This document shows, one piece after another, positions 63,869 to 64,000 of a stretch of DNA of 64,000 nt (positions are counted from its first letter, which is position 1; each line of letters begins with the position of its first letter). Location of the stretch: NCBI GenBank assembly GCA_943372485.1, contig CALRYW010000007.1, forward strand, positions 4,936-68,935. The letters are read 5' to 3'. The notes under the pieces are model-generated. The model ran no database searches and was not told the origin of the DNA. It was given only the letters and a program-made list of their open reading frames with translations. This DNA comes from Bosea thiooxidans. Its GTDB lineage: Bacteria > Pseudomonadota > Alphaproteobacteria > Rhizobiales > Beijerinckiaceae. A program made the position numbers and the translations under genes.

Positions 63869-64000
63869 TCATGCATGCCTCGCACCGAGCGAAGCCAGGT
63901 GGAGTTGACAGCGCCGCAGATCCTCAGGCTCGGTCCGATCCGGCGGCAAGCCGAGGAAGGCCGTGAACTCACGGAGCTGCCGAACATCGGCGCGCTGCGT
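63869..64000 (-). pseudogene. Truncated tyrosine recombinase N-terminal SAM-like domain (enters from right edge)
   Basis: Manual translation from 64000: TQRADVRQLREFTAFLGLPPDRTEPEDLRRCQLHLASLGARHA-stop (TGA at 63871-63869). Resembles the TQxxYxRxVxxFxxFLGRSPDxATxEDLRRYQLHL pattern, but stops before any catalytic domain. Confidence 0.65.

Noticed and set aside
14603-64000. attR direct repeat of the tRNA-Arg 3' end
   Set aside because: No second copy found by eye within the window, so island boundaries cannot be fixed.

Overview
High-GC alphaproteobacterial chromosome segment (Hyphomicrobiales-like gene content and repeat). 1-14.6 kb looks like core genome: a partial heparinase II/III-family gene, an RsmB-family methyltransferase, htpX, DUF1674, an 8-gene tungstate/molybdate uptake operon (TupABC, a ModA-like protein, a TsaA/TrmO-like protein, a type II ABC importer) with a divergent HTH+PBP regulator, a DSD1-family PLP enzyme, an MsbA-type ABC exporter, a hisE-like gene and tRNA-Arg(ACG). 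Downstream of the tRNA is an accessory region with an IS3 remnant at its left edge and a tyrosine-recombinase remnant at the right window edge. It holds four modules. (1) A ~21.8 kb, 19-gene co-oriented operon (15070-36845) with a branched-chain-type ABC importer whose LivF ATPase is fused to a Tm-1/UPF0261 domain, a PEP-hydrolase-like TIM barrel, a 966-aa flotillin with a long 11-residue-periodic coiled coil, two SRPBCC proteins, a four-subunit molybdenum hydroxylase with a split Mo subunit, CoxD/CoxE-like chaperones and three hydrolase genes. (2) A TRAP-linked organic/sugar-acid catabolic module. (3) A cytochrome bd + SQR + rhodanese + DsrE sulfide module with a Crp/Fnr regulator and a repeated TTGCG-N4-CGCAA box. 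(4) A LacI-regulated sugar ABC + cytochrome b561 + lactonase module. Modules 1 and 3 are the best candidates for undescribed systems. All family assignments come from motif recognition by eye; no database searches were run.
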